64,000 nt of DNA from NCBI GenBank assembly GCA_000182565.2, contig KQ257451.1; one strand, written 5' to 3'. Numbering within the stretch: position 1 is the first letter of the stretch; each line of letters begins with the position of its first letter. Below the pieces are notes generated by a model that ran no database searches, was not told the origin of the DNA, and saw nothing but the letters and a program-made list of their open reading frames with translations. A program made the translations under genes and the position numbers. Source of the DNA: Spizellomyces punctatus DAOM BR117 (lineage: Eukaryota). Below, one piece after another: positions 28,637 through 41,465 of the stretch.

Positions 28637-29316
28637 TATTTCTCTGGTACAGCAGCACAGTGTGGTAGGAAAGTCAAGGATGATGCGCCACGGATATATG
28701 AAAATCTCTTCATCGGCTCCAAGACGCAAGCCGCTGCTAGTCAATCATGTGTTTTTCCGCACTCTCAAAAACTTGGAAAGTTGCTAGCGCCCACGTCGTC
28801 CCAATGCCATCGGATGTTCAACGCGTCTGGTGGGTTGACCGCGTCCTTTGCTTGATGGCCTGATGATGGCGAAATTATGGCTTCTGGTTGGTATGTGTCA
28901 TTATGAGCAGGAATGCAAGAATGCAGACTATCTGTCAACGTTGCCCCAGTTGGATGCAGGATGAGTAACTAATAATCTACAAGCAGAAGGAGAGTTCTCC
29001 TTTCTCCACCATGTACAGCATAGTGCTTGTGGACAGAAAATATACTGTGGTTGAACCCTGTGAAGAAAATTCGTATTTGGCCATGAAGCCTAAAGGATAC
29101 AAGTAGTTTCACGCATGCTTACTATTTGTAGTGTGTTATATGCCAGTCAGCCAGTCATGAGCATGTAAAAAAGATTGGCAGAGCTCGCAATGCTTGTCCA
29201 GTTCCCGATGCACGAGGAGGACGCGTCTAACAGGACGCGTTGAGGTGTTATCTTTCTGGCGCCCAAGTGTTGTCCATACTTCAACATTCTCAACACCATC
29301 CCTTCTAACCAACAGA

Positions 29317-30470
29317 ATGCCAGGTCGTCTCACTGGAAAAGTGGCACTCATAACTGGTGCGGGAAGGTACATATCGTCCACTACATTCAACATTGGGACG
29401 ATTCTGACACCTCTTTCCGCATGACCATAGCGGCATCGGCCTTGAAGCCAGTATCCTGTTTGCAAAAGAAGGCGCCCAAGTAGTCGCTGCGGATATCAAT
29501 GAGCAATCGGGACAAGCCACCGTTAAAAAGATCCACGACCTTGTTGGGCCCAAGTCTGCCGTTTTTGTTCGAGTTGATGTAGCCAAAGAGAGCGATATCG
29601 CCAACGCCGTGAAGGTTGCCGAAACTGAGTATGGTAAGATCCAGCAAGCATTTTGCTCTCAGGCACTATTTCACACAATAACTTAGGGAAACTGAACATT
29701 GTTTTCAACAATGCGGGGATCATGCATCCCGCCGACGATGATGCTATTAACACTGAAGAGAAAATCTGGGATCTGACCATGCAGATCAATGTCAAGGGTG
29801 TTTGGTGGGGTTGCAAGCATGCCATTCCGGCGTTGAGGAGGGCTGGTGGGGGCAGTATCATCAATACCGCCAGTTTCGTCGCTTTGAGGGGTGCGGCCAC
29901 TCCCCAGCTAGCTTGTAAGTATCACAGCAAGCAAGCAATTACTGATATCTCTGGACTATTATGAAATTAACCAAGAGCCTTACAGACACTTCATCGAAAG
30001 GTGCCGTCCTGGCAATGACGTAAGTGCAATCCGTGCTCTACATTACTAGTGAACGTCAACTTACCAAGCAACGTCCATCCTGTCTTCCAGGCGCGAGCTT
30101 TCCGTCATCCATGCCCGCGAAAATATCCGAGTCAATGCCCTCTGCCCAGGCCCGATCCGTACACCCCTCCTTATGGACTTTTTAAACACCGAGGAAAAGA
30201 AACAACGACGATTGATTCATGTGCCTATGGGCCGGTTTGGTACGCTTCACATTGGTACTGCATCTCTGAAACCTGAAGCTCATGCTTATATTCTGCTTCA
30301 TAGGAGAGGCAATTGAACAAGCGTACGCAGTCCTCTTTCTTGCATCCGACGAGTCATCCTTCATCACGGGAACTGACTTTTTGGTGGATGGTGGGTTGAC
30401 CGCGGCGTATGTGACGCCCGAAGGACAAACCAAGAGCCTTCCCCCGCATAGCAACTTTTCTGGAGTGTAA
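29317..30470 (+). CDS. Classical short-chain dehydrogenase/reductase; multi-exon
   Basis: GKVALITGAG-SGIG, FNNAGIM, SIINTASFV, catalytic YTSSKG, IRVNALCPGP, FLASDESSFITG. Confidence 0.93.
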
Positions 30471-30864
30471 CTGTGTAGTTTATAGATGAGCCTTGTAAAT
30501 CTTTTGAAAGACTTGAATTGGCCGGATCTTCAATAAACAAAAGAAATTGACCCGAGAAACTGGCTTAGCTCCGAAGGGTCCGAAAGTCCCCAACTTTGTC
30601 ATATGCCCATAAAAGGTTATATGATGCGTGTAACCTCAACGCATCCCCTGTCTGTCCTTTCGCGCCAGTTTTCTGCCTTCTTGAAGTGCATGTCTGTGTG
30701 CTCGTTTTACGAGTTCTTTTTCGCCGGCGTTGTTCATAGGAAAGCGTGTATTTACCCTCTTTTTTACGGTCGTGCTCGCGGGAAAGATTTTATGAAACTG
30801 GGTAGCGTTTGGCTGGCCGCACAAATCCAGGATTAGGATCCATCTTTGGAGTGGGATTTGAGCG

Positions 30865-31979
30865 ATGTCGACGATACGAGTATTGTCGGAGCAGGATCAG
30901 GAAGATCTTGCCGCGGATTACATGGACGAGTACTTGTTGAGTATGTGCTCTGAAGACGGAGGTTGTGGCGAGGACGGTTCATTGATGGCTGCATGATATC
31001 AGAGATGTCAAAGAAACAGTTAAAAGTGTGGCGTACGGTGTTTGGTCAGGTTAATGTTGCTCCTGGACACTGGAGATGTGCAGGATCGTTTGAAGAATAC
31101 GCACAGGACATGTGGCGGGGCGACCTTGCGCTCAGGAAAAGCTCAATGATATCCCGCTGATCTTGCATGTTCATAGGTCTGGAGTACCTTCCACAAGATA
31201 TGTGCCGCAATCTGATGGAATTACGCAAAAAGGAAATAGAATACCAAGGTATTACTATCCATACCCTACCTCAATGGAGGTTGCTAAGAAGTTTAAAACC
31301 CCCGCAGACCTCTCCGGCCGCGCCACAGCAACCCAATCCACCCTCTTCCAGCACCAACGCTATAATCAATACTCGACTCCCACCCCGCAAGAGCTCCAGT
31401 ACATTGAGCGGATACGAAACTATTTCATCAAAGCAACCCGGGCAGCTGAGCAAAAGTGCGCTGTCGCCAACGAGAGCTTGAAATTGGTACTGTTTGTATG
31501 AACGCAATTGCTCATATCCAAGAATTCACTCTTCATAAAAGCTTGAAGATCACTTGAGAGAACTTGATGAGGGTTTATTGAAGATTGGGATTGAGGTCAA
31601 CGATGAGGAGATTGATGCCATTTCCGTACCGGAAAGTGCGTGTTCTTCACCTCACTTCATCATGGTCTAGCCTTTTAGCTCATTAACAATTTAAGATATC
31701 CCTCACACACCACCTCCCCACTCGCGAATTCGGCCGTCACGAAAGGCCCTTCGCACCCCCCACCTCCGCACACCAACACCGACCCCGTCCTCATCTTCCA
31801 CCTCCTCTTCAGACTCTGAATCCGACCCAATCTATTGTCTTTGTCGCCAAGGCTCCTATGGCGACATGGTCGGCTGTGATAACGAGCATTGTCCATTCGA
31901 GTGGTTTCATTATGAATGCGTTGGGTTGACCAAACCACCTGTAGGAATGTGGTTTTGCCCAAGGTGCCGCGTGCGCTAG
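30865..31979 (+). CDS. ING-family (Yng1/Yng2/Pho23-like) PHD-finger protein; multi-exon
   Basis: N-terminal ING domain ([27 protein letters not shown]) and C-terminal [49 protein letters not shown]. Confidence 0.92.
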
Positions 31980-32235
31980 GGGAGTAACTGGTTGACTTTG
32001 GTCAGGTGCATTAGGCATTGTGGATGCAATATGTGGTGTATGCTATTTTCTCTTTAATATATAATTTTGCTATAAGGATGTGTAAACAGTTTGAAGGGAT
32101 GTCAGCAGTATTAAAGACAGTGTCTTTAAAGGCTCGGCCAAAAGATATCATTTCCTCCTCGTAACATGCTATGTACATTGTTCATCTCATGCAAGTTTCA
32201 TGACGTACAATTGATCTGCTTGGCGATTACACATA

Positions 32236-32892
32236 TCAGATCTTGCGCTTGTCTTTCAGGCGTCCACCTCTGTTCTCTTTGATCTGGCGCACTTCGTCTT
32301 CGCCTTCGTTCAAAGTATCCGCCATGCCAAACGTATCAACTCTACAATATCAAAACTATTTTAGAATCTCCGCCTTGGCACATGGATCCATGGTTCTCAG
32401 AACACACGCACCGAAGCTTCCCTCTTAAACTCTCCCCTTCACCATGCACAGCACCGAGTCCATGCGGGGGACGATCAACTTGGGCTCTATATTCATAGGC
32501 GCTGTTTTTCAAATCCGGGTTTTCGGCAGCTTCCACGACGCTGCCTGGCTTTTCGGCAGGGTCCCTAATGTGCTGAGGCTCTCCTCTTGGGACTGCATCT
32601 CTGAGTATGTCCTCCTTTGAAAAACATAAGCTTTCGTTGAGAACTATTATTCAAGCCAACACCAAAGCCTGCCGACCTGAGCATGCGTATGCTGCGTCAG
32701 AGGATGCCGTTCAGCCTGCTCCTGAGCATATGCCTTCCACTCTTTGTTTGCCACCTCCATCTGCTTCCGAGGAGACAGCTCTAAGAATTCGCGGACGTCA
32801 TTGGATATGGTCGCTGAGGGAGGAGCAGCGGTCCGGATAACCTCGCTCTCGCCCGGCAACGCTTCGTTGGGATCTTTGATATATGCTTGCAT
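32236..32892 (-). CDS. Small hydrophilic orphan protein; 3 exons
   Basis: ORFs 32647-32892 and 32342-32536 join in frame through GT-AG introns and end ...EVRQIKENRGGRLKDKRKI*. Rich in charged residues and Ala; no TM helix. Confidence 0.6.
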
Positions 32893-33408
32893 GTTTTAAG
32901 ATTTTTGTCCTGGTCGAAATGTCGGTCAAAAAGACGGCAGAACCTACTTAGATATCTATCTGTGCTAAAACTGTCTTACCATAGCGTCACAACGACGCAA
33001 AGCTTTCGGGCGGGCAGGGACGATCGTTACGTTTTAAGTTGCTTACCTGGTGTCATTATACCATAAATGGCTTGATGACAATGATCGAGTCACGTGCATA
33101 GTGACTAATGCAAACTCAGCTTTTGGAAGAAACTTTCAACGAAGTCGATTTTTTTGACCAACTGCCCGGGAGACAGCGGCATGTCCTTTTGCGATCGAAA
33201 GCAATAGTATTGTCATTGTGGATCACAAGCATGGCATTTTGGACGATAACGAGAATAATTCTTTAGTATTAGAAATGCCATTTGTCAGTTGGCAGCACAG
33301 ACAATGTGATTTGAAATTCCATTCCCGGCTGACGCGACAAATAAAAGCAAACAGTTTGACATCCTTTCCCCAATGCGCTGGCGTTCTTTGATTGCAAAGC
33401 TTTCGACC

Positions 33409-34254
33409 ATGACAGGTAAAACACCAGAGACATATCGTGCACCTGCTCTCTTCCTTCCTCACGGAGGAGGTCCCATGCCCCTCCTCAACGATCCGGGGCA
33501 CCGCGATCTTATCACCTTCCTTACAAAAACGGGGCGAAAGTATCTGAACCCTCGGCCTAAAGCCATTCTTTTGGTCACGGCGCACTGGGAAACACGCAAC
33601 CCTACAGTCTCGACTGTATCCAAGCCTGAGCTTCTCTACGACTATTACAACTTCCCGCCCGAAACGTACAACATTGATTTTCCTGCCAAGGGTGATCCCG
33701 AAGTCGCCAAGCGTGTCGTAACTCTTCTTCAAAATGCTGGATTCAAAACACAAACCGATGCAGAGCGAGGATGGGATCACGGTGTATTCGTTCCTCTGAA
33801 ACTTTATTTGCCTGATTTCGATATCCCAATCATCCCAATGAGTGTATTGACTTCACAGGATGCCGCAGAGCACTATCGGATTGGAAAGGCACTGGAACCG
33901 CTGAGGAATGAGGGAGTCATGATTATTGGAAGCGGCATGTCCTTTCACAATATGCGAGCCATGCGAGGGCGGCTTGGGTTCAGCGGCACTCTCAATGAAC
34001 CTTTTGACGATGCCGTGGATGAAGCAGTAAAGATTGCCTCAAGCGATGAGAGGGGTAAAGTGTTGAGTGCTTGGGATAAAATGGAAGGTGCACTGGACTC
34101 GCATCCTTATGGGGCTGCAGAGCACTTTATGCCTTTATTAGTCGTTGCTGGTGCAGGCGGCGACGAGCCTGGTGTTCGAGCTTTGTCGTGGAATATGAGC
34201 CCGTTTAGGATTTCGGCATGGGTATGGGAGGGTGCAACGAAGGGGACGGCATGA
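33409..34254 (+). CDS. LigB/DODA-type class III extradiol ring-cleavage dioxygenase; intronless
   Basis: LPHGGGP, VTAHWE, YDYYNFP, RGWDHGVFVPL, IGSGMSFHN, HP...EHFMPL; the metal-binding and catalytic His residues are present. An upstream ATG at 33373 is also possible. Confidence 0.93.
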   Translation: MTGKTPETYRAPALFLPHGGGPMPLLNDPGHRDLITFLTKTGRKYLNPRPKAILLVTAHWETRNPTVSTVSKPELLYDYYNFPPETYNIDFPAKGDPEVAKRVVTLLQNAGFKTQTDAERGWDHGVFVPLKLYLPDFDIPIIPMSVLTSQDAAEHYRIGKALEPLRNEGVMIIGSGMSFHNMRAMRGRLGFSGTLNEPFDDAVDEAVKIASSDERGKVLSAWDKMEGALDSHPYGAAEHFMPLLVVAGAGGDEPGVRALSWNMSPFRISAWVWEGATKGTA

Positions 34255-34739
34255 GGTAACAATTTTTCTTAGTGCAGAGGCTGTCAGTAGGACTTATCCA
34301 ACGTATTCTGGATTTAATAACTACTCTCGTAAACTACGCATTTTTTATACTAAGAAGGTGCCATTAATTTATCATGATTTAAACCTGCTATTCTTTATAA
34401 TCATCTTCCACATGAGAAAGTATATATATTGATCGCACTGACTGAGTTTGTTCAGACGGGTTCAATAAAGGAATAATTGCTACATGAACAATGCAAAACC
34501 GAGACAATGAACATATAAAGTGACGTCCTCAGTCTGGGTTACATGTTACCATTCAGTAGAAAAGAAAGTCTTGAAATTTTAGCAAATGGCAAAAGAACGA
34601 TAAACATTTTGACAAAGGTGAGGTTCAGGAGATGCAAGCCAGGATATGCAAGAAGTATGTTTTACTGTTCATGATTTTAACACAACTATCACTGTTGTTA
34701 ACAAACAATCTTAAATGGTAGTGAGGTAAAGGCAGATCT

Positions 34740-34845
34740 TTAACCAACACATCTATATATAATCTAAAAGACATAGCGAAGGCCTCTAAAAATATCTAAA
34801 CATATCTAAGCTACTGAGTATCTAAATTTATCTAAGCTACAAACC
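34740..34845. repeat. Degenerate AT-rich (T)ATCTAA repeats just 3' of the paraoxonase-like gene
   Basis: atctaaaag...ctctaaaaatatctaaacatatctaagctac...gtatctaaatttatctaagctac: several ATCTAA copies and a duplicated tatctaagctac. Confidence 0.55.
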
Positions 34846-34851
34846 ACAAAC

Positions 34852-36117
34852 TTAAAATCCCTTGGGCACATTGCATCTCACAACACCTCGAGAGTCGAAC
34901 ACCCCGGAGACCAACGCAACATTTAGCGTTGAGTCCACCTCGAACACAGTTGATCCAGATAGCAGGTTTCCATCGTCACTCCACACCCGCTTGGTGGTCC
35001 CATCAGCCTTAATGACATCTACCCAACTGGGTGCAGTAGCAGCCGTTCCAGCCGCGAAAAACTGGAAATCAAATGCCTTGGGATGTCCAGTAGGTGTCAA
35101 AGTCTTTGATACGGGGTCGTAGCCAACATTGTCAGGAACGTAGTCGAGGTTGTACCTCTTGGAAACGTAAAGGGTTTTATCGGCGTTGGGTGTGAAGGCG
35201 ATAGTGTCTCCTCCCAAGGCCTCGTTGGCGAAAATCGTTCCTTGTCCGTCCGTGTTCATCCCATTAGCACCGCGTAGGCCGTCAAAAGCCTTCAAGCACT
35301 GAACCGTGCCCGAGCTAAAATCGCAGTATGTGATCCAGGACAAGGGGAGCTGGCCATATTCTTCCAAGGTTCTTGCAACTCCGGAGCGGTGGGTATGGTC
35401 GTTACTGACGTAGAAAGATGTGGGCCCAGTGGGAGCGACATTGTTGGGGGTCCAGATAAGAGGATCGCTAACGGTTTGACGGTGGGTGAGAACGGTAGGA
35501 GTGGCTGGGTCGTAATCCAACACTTCGACAACCGAGTACAATGCATCCTCATTGTATGGTGGTTGAGCCCGGTGATTCACAACAAACAAACGAATAATTC
35601 CACCATCCATTGGAAGTATTTTCACTCCGTGAGGGTGGAAACTCTGCAATGCTGGCTGGATCTGCAACTTGGTCAAGAAGCGGACGTCACCAGTCCCAGT
35701 CACATCGTTTCCGTAATCATACACAAACACTGCTCCATTCCCTTGAGCACCATAATCGGCATCCAGGAATGCCATCCCGGGCATCCATCCCGCGGTCCTG
35801 TTAGGGTGAATACGGTAAGGGTCTGAACCCATGAAAGCAATTTTGGATGGGCGGTGCATCACAATGTCTTCGACCATAACAGGGTTGACACCATCCTGTC
35901 CAACTGGACCCGGAGTCCACCGTTTACAGTTGGATTGACCCACGTCTGCGACGTACAAACGAGCGACACCCGTGTCAACGAGAAGTTCGGGAATGTAAAT
36001 ATTGAGTGGGGTAGGTCCCAGTTTGGTGTTGTAAACTGGCCCGAGAAGCGTGTCGATTTGGGCTTTGGCGCCCATCAGAGCCAGAGCAGACGCAAGAAGG
36101 AAGGTGCGAGCGATCAT
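34852..36117 (-). CDS. Secreted paraoxonase/arylesterase-like (PON/SMP-30 six-bladed beta-propeller) lactonase; intronless
   Basis: Signal peptide MIARTFLLASALALMGAKA and PON motifs in the expected order: EDIV, FHPHG, FVVNH, PNNV...FYVSNDH, GANG, PDNV, GHP. Confidence 0.88.
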   Translation of the reverse strand: MIARTFLLASALALMGAKAQIDTLLGPVYNTKLGPTPLNIYIPELLVDTGVARLYVADVGQSNCKRWTPGPVGQDGVNPVMVEDIVMHRPSKIAFMGSDPYRIHPNRTAGWMPGMAFLDADYGAQGNGAVFVYDYGNDVTGTGDVRFLTKLQIQPALQSFHPHGVKILPMDGGIIRLFVVNHRAQPPYNEDALYSVVEVLDYDPATPTVLTHRQTVSDPLIWTPNNVAPTGPTSFYVSNDHTHRSGVARTLEEYGQLPLSWITYCDFSSGTVQCLKAFDGLRGANGMNTDGQGTIFANEALGGDTIAFTPNADKTLYVSKRYNLDYVPDNVGYDPVSKTLTPTGHPKAFDFQFFAAGTAATAPSWVDVIKADGTTKRVWSDDGNLLSGSTVFEVDSTLNVALVSGVFDSRGVVRCNVPKGF

Positions 36118-36198
36118 GGTTTAGATGATTTGATGGGATCTAAAGTCTAAGGTTTGTAGCGCTGAATGACTGGAAGAAAACGAACTGCCATCATCGCT

Positions 36199-36205
36199 TT
36201 TTATA
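36199..36205 (-). promoter_or_regulatory. Putative TATA box of the paraoxonase-like gene
   Basis: TATAAAA on the minus strand about 85 nt upstream of ATG 36117. Confidence 0.45.
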
Positions 36206-36801
36206 AGCATCGCCAGCTTCCTGTCAGTGCACTCTTCAAAGTAGTATGAATGCATAGACAAGTACGCCATCTAAAACAACAACAACGCCAACTTAAAGCG
36301 TTCAAGTTAAATTTATTGATAAAGTTTCCAAGAATAGCATCATGCGACGGATAAACTATGCGGTGTCCCCACTGGGAGAATTGGAAATAGATACTAAATG
36401 AGGGTTCATCGTATCTAGTTAGAATTAAAGTTGGGTATGTTTGTGTCTTACCGGTGGTAAGCCATTGTTGCCTTGCGACGATGTTCGGATGGGAGGCGGA
36501 TGGCCGTCCTGCGGGCGTCTTGCCGGATGCGCTTGTTTGTTACTAAACTTAAGAGATGCATTAGTGGACATGGAACCATTTGCTGACGATACATCGCTAG
36601 TTGCTGATGAGAGGTATCTTTTCTTCTCCAGACAAAAGCTGACAAAATACGCTAAGCTATAGTTAACAATGCATGGACGTAAGCAAAATGAGGAGAGCTG
36701 GACAGAAAAGTGTAAGGAAGTAATAAGTTTGAGTAGATACATACACAGATGGAAACAAGATAAGGCCAAAGGAAAAATCATAGTATTAAGCAAATAATTT
36801 A

Positions 36802-39800
36802 CTATCCTGCAACCACCACATTTCCCAGTCCTTCACCTAACCTGCCCTGACCAAAGACTCGTTTCACCAACCCAGCAAGCTTCTCCAGCTCCTCTATCAA
36901 ATCCTCCGTTGCACATGCATAAGCCATGAAATTTATCCAATGACTCTTTTCTTCTTTTCTAGCGGTCAGAGATGGGTCCCGTAGAGCTGGCAGGGTGCGG
37001 ATTTTGCTGAATAGGCGAAGTCGGGCAGCCCGTGCAGCGGGAACGAATGCGGGGAGTGGGGTTTTGGCTAAGAGGGACCCCGCAATGACGTGAAAAAACA
37101 AGAGGATGGCTGCAAACTGTTTGAAGATTTACCGAGTCAACAAAGCACCGCACAAATTTCAAAAGTGAACTAGCCAAACTCACCATATCCATCCGGTACT
37201 TCTCCACGGGCCATATTATCTCCCTTCGTACGAACTCGCCGAATCCATCTTGTCCAACTCCACCATCTACAAACGCACTTTCATATTCCCCATCCACAAT
37301 TCGTCTTACGTTACCCATCCGATCGACTAGATTTTGTACACACCACAACATTTCCTTGTAGACATCGTAAGGGAAAGGTCCTTTTAATCGGGGCTCGTTT
37401 GGTGTAAGTTCCAAGAGCTCTAAATGATATGCTATGGATTTTGTGAGCTTGCGCTCGAGGGAGCGAACATAGAGGCGCTCTTTTTGATGCTTGCTTAGAA
37501 GGTAGTGAGAAGGTGTTGCTGTGTGGGCGGTAGGTGCGGTAGGTGAATCCGCGGGCTGTTGCTTGTCATGGTCATGCATATACACCCCCGCTTCATCTGC
37601 AATAAAAACAGCCAGCCGGGAATATAAGATTCCCATCAAGTATACACTCTTGGACACGCCCTTTCGCAGCTCTATCCGCGCAACAAAGGGCCAGACATAT
37701 GATGTTACAATCAAAGCGGTTAAGACACCGATTGTGATTGTTGCCATCCTTTTCCACGCCAGAAGGCTGACACTATCTCCGTGCTCTGGATCATAGTACG
37801 TAAAGTAGGCCGTCATGACCACTACGTTATATGTGAGGAGTGCTGTCGTGCCAAGACGAGAATGTGGTGTTGTTATGTAGATGTACCAGCAGGGATACGC
37901 GAATATGATGGTCATAACTGAGATGGAGTAGGGATTACGGGGGGAAATAATCCAGGTTACGTAGCCCCAAAGAGCTCCAAAGATGGTCCCAATGATACGG
38001 TAGAGCCCGAAGGCATTTGATCCTCCTACTGTAGGGGAAAGGACAATAATCATCTTCATAAAGATGAAGGGGTGACTCTTCAATTTCCGCATGTACACCT
38101 CAAATAACAATGATACTTACCGTAACCAGCGCCCAAGATCCGCGAAACCATGTCCACCTGTCGAAATGTCAACGTTAGGAGTCTTAGATACCTTTGCAAC
38201 TCTACCAGACTCACCAATCAGGCCAAACATACGCAGGCCATGCCAAAGCAGTTGTCGCAATGGCCATTTTGACACCAAATTTGACAGCATGATTCGCGGA
38301 TCTTTGCAAAGCATTCCACAAATTCCATCGAAAACGGCCTACCCAGCCTGGCGCTATGAATGTTTCCTTTCCCTCTGTATAAAGCGGGATGTCGCGAGCT
38401 GTGCTAACCAATCAGAGCCAAAAGATGGGGATGTTCGATAAGTCGTCAGTTGTACGTACCTTGTCCGTCCTCATAATCCTTCCAGACAATCCCATCTCCC
38501 TTCAGCCACGTACGCAACTTCATTTTCGGCATCCAAAATTTTTGTTTGACCTCCCTCTTTGTTCTCAAAGCGTCCACAGCCTCAGCAAACCTCACAACCT
38601 TGGCCATCGCTTCCCTCATATTGAAAATGAAAAAGAAGGCGAGAAAATATTCTTCTCGAAACAGATTTGCTGCATTCCAGTGTTGAATGGTAATATCCGC
38701 ATCGGTTAGGGAGCTCATGGACGGTGAAGATAGAGGGTCAATTTGGTGGGATACGCGTTCCATAACAGACCATTGAATCTCTTCGAAAGTTGTGATCGAC
38801 TTCTTGAGTCTTGTTATGCTGGTGTCCGAAGGGAGCGAGTGTTGTTCCACCATTGGTATTTCACCCGTGCTTGATTCTAACGACTCAAGCCCTCCCAGTC
38901 CTCCTGCAAAACTCCCCAGTCGGGTCGCTAGCATCATCGAAGACCTCTTTACCGTATCTGTCGTTCGACCCACAATTGTGTCATGCTTGGTCTCTTCGTT
39001 TACACGTAACATGTACGCTGCACTTTGATCCATGCAGTCTGAGCACGCTCTAGAGAGAATGTGAAGACTGGATCGAACGGAAGCGAGATATTTCTTGAAA
39101 AGCTTTTTCGAGCCACCAAACATTCCGCCAGTGATCTCGCGACCAATGACTTGAACCTGGTGCCCTTCAGCGATTTCATCCTGTAAGTCAACACTGGCTG
39201 CCTTGAGCGATCTTAGAGAGCGGATACTGCTGACCGTGAGGTTATTTATGGAGGTGACACTCAGGTTATTGCGTGCTTCATTGTAACGTTGATTGAGTAG
39301 ATCATGCTCAGCCCGGACAGACCGATGTCGGCGAGCCTGCTCTTCAAGGTCTTGTTCCATTCGTTGCTTCAATTTTTCCATGACTTTGGACCGCTTCTCT
39401 TTCCCAGCCGCCTCATCTTCCATTTCCACCAGGGCCTTTTCAATCTTCATGCAAGCCACCATTCCGCTCAAGTACTTCATCATCTCTTGTAGGGGTTGAA
39501 CAATGACCTTATAGTCGTCGGGAGAATATCGGTCGTAGGTTACTTCATATCTACATTCCCGTCTCGCTGCTTTGGTACGTAGAATAGCCGAGCGAACGTT
39601 TGCTTGCTTCGCAAGGATTTCGTCCATGGGGATAGGGTTTTCTGTGTCGGTCAAGAGGAATGCTTTAACGAGGAGATCTAGCAGATCCCTTGTTTCTTCA
39701 ACCGTCCGTTGAATTGAGCTTGTACGTGCGCAAATGTGAATATTGTAATAAGCAAATTCGGTTAGATAAATATCAACCCCTAAGCCTACCTCCTCAACAC

Positions 39801-40819
39801 TCTGCCACTAAATTCAGGAAAAACTGTTATATCAACCACTAAGCATATGCCGGCGCCGGCCATAAACGGTTTGACGATATTCCACACACTAGCAGCCACC
39901 ACCTCTCTCGAGTAGATATTTGTTGTTAATGGAAAAACCATTACCATTATACTTGTGAGAGTCGCGTTGTTCAATCTCAAGTATAGTCTTAGCAAAGAGA
40001 AATTTCACGAATGATCCATTCATCTCAGATACCTCGGATACGTTGCGCGGACATAGCCAAGACAGAATACTCCCACAATGAGGAACAACAGCTGGATCAG
40101 GAATCCACCAACCGGCTCTTTCTCTTGTTCTGGACGGGAGCTGTTGTAGGCTGTAGCACTGGCAAGAGCAGCGAGCGAAACGGCGGCACCAAACATGACG
40201 CCCACAGCACCGACAAGCACTGTTTCCAATATGGCGCCAATGGTCTTGACTAGGTTACCGACGGATACAAAGACATTAGCAATCTGTTACTGGTGAAGGA
40301 AGGTGCGAATGTAAGGTATAGCTGCATACCAGGAGGGAAGAATAGAGTCGCAAATGGCGTCAAATAAACTCCAGATCCAAAGGCAATTGCTATAGGATCA
40401 ATCAGGACAAACAAACTCGCAACATAGAATGCTATTACAGCCTTTGTACATCTCTGGAAGATTTCCCACGAGAGGTATCTCCTTATGGGTTCCCAGACCC
40501 GATTTGTCCATCTTCTCCAAAGCGTCCCTACAGCAGGAAGTGAGTTTTTCTGCTCAGCTGTTGATCTCTCTCCTCTTCTGGTATGACTTTTCTCCTCTTC
40601 TCGTCGCCGGGACCATGTCGTCCGTGGGTTACCGAGCTCAAGTACGATATCGTCTGCTTCGCCGTTTTCTGGAATAGATTGATTGGAGCTCTGAGAGTTT
40701 AAGTTGTGATTGCTCCCGCAAACTTCTTGTGTGGAAGATCCCTGGGAATTGGCTGCAGATGTGACTGGTCCCGGCATGGGCAGTATGATCTCGTCATGCC
40801 TTACAGGTTGTACAGGCAT
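36802..40819 (-). CDS. Aromatic acid exporter/FUSC-like (Bre4/ArAE_2, ALMT-like) transporter; multi-exon
   Basis: Two TM bundles separated by a long soluble region. FUSC-like motifs KFGVKMAIA, PTVGGSNAFGLYRIIGTIFGALWGY, KRMATITIGV, YVWPFVARIELR, EPRLKGPFP. Confidence 0.85.
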
Positions 40820-41465
40820 GACGGGTTTGAGTGGCGAATTTCAATAAATGAATGCTGACTACATAAAAATAAATGATAAATATTGCTTTCTTTTGTGCTG
40901 ATGCTACGAGGTCCTGTCGGTGATATGGCTCATCGTTTCAATGTCGACTATTCCCAGACGGTCCCACTCACTTGGACGGAGTGCTTTGTCATTAAGTAAT
41001 AGGTCACGTGGAAGCGCGACCACCACGCGACATGCAATCGAGTTGGGGTCAGCAACAAGTCGCCGCCGCATGAGGTTGTAGGACAAGTTCTGCTCAGATT
41101 CCTTCGACAGCCCGCCAAATGGAGAAGTGTGCATAGATGCCGGAAACGACCTTCTCCTTTTCATATCCCGAAATTCGAGCTCTTTGCAAAGTCGTGATGA
41201 AGTGAAGGACTACTAGTCCCACCTCAGGCAATTTCAGACTATGCTCAGATCCGAATGGAAAAGCTCATGGTTCTGCTTGTTTGGGTCGTAGTGGTTTTCG
41301 ATACATACATCTCTACACCACATCCAGCTTGCAAACCATGTTCTTGCAATTCGAAATCGTTATTTACTTACAACAACCAGCTGTTATATACACAAATTTT
41401 GCCTGCCATTACCAGATCTGGATCCACTACGGAGATGCAAAGTACACTGAGCCAAAGATGTCCTG

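Noticed and set aside
30460-30490. Stop-codon readthrough giving a peroxisomal signal on the SDR (TAA CTG)
   Set aside because: The extension would end in CSL, which is not a PTS1, and TAA is a poor readthrough codon.
33409-34254. Betalain pigment pathway, or definite bacterial horizontal transfer, for the DODA-like gene
   Set aside because: LigB/DODA homologues are widespread in fungi, no tyrosinase or P450 partner is nearby, and lack of introns alone does not show transfer.
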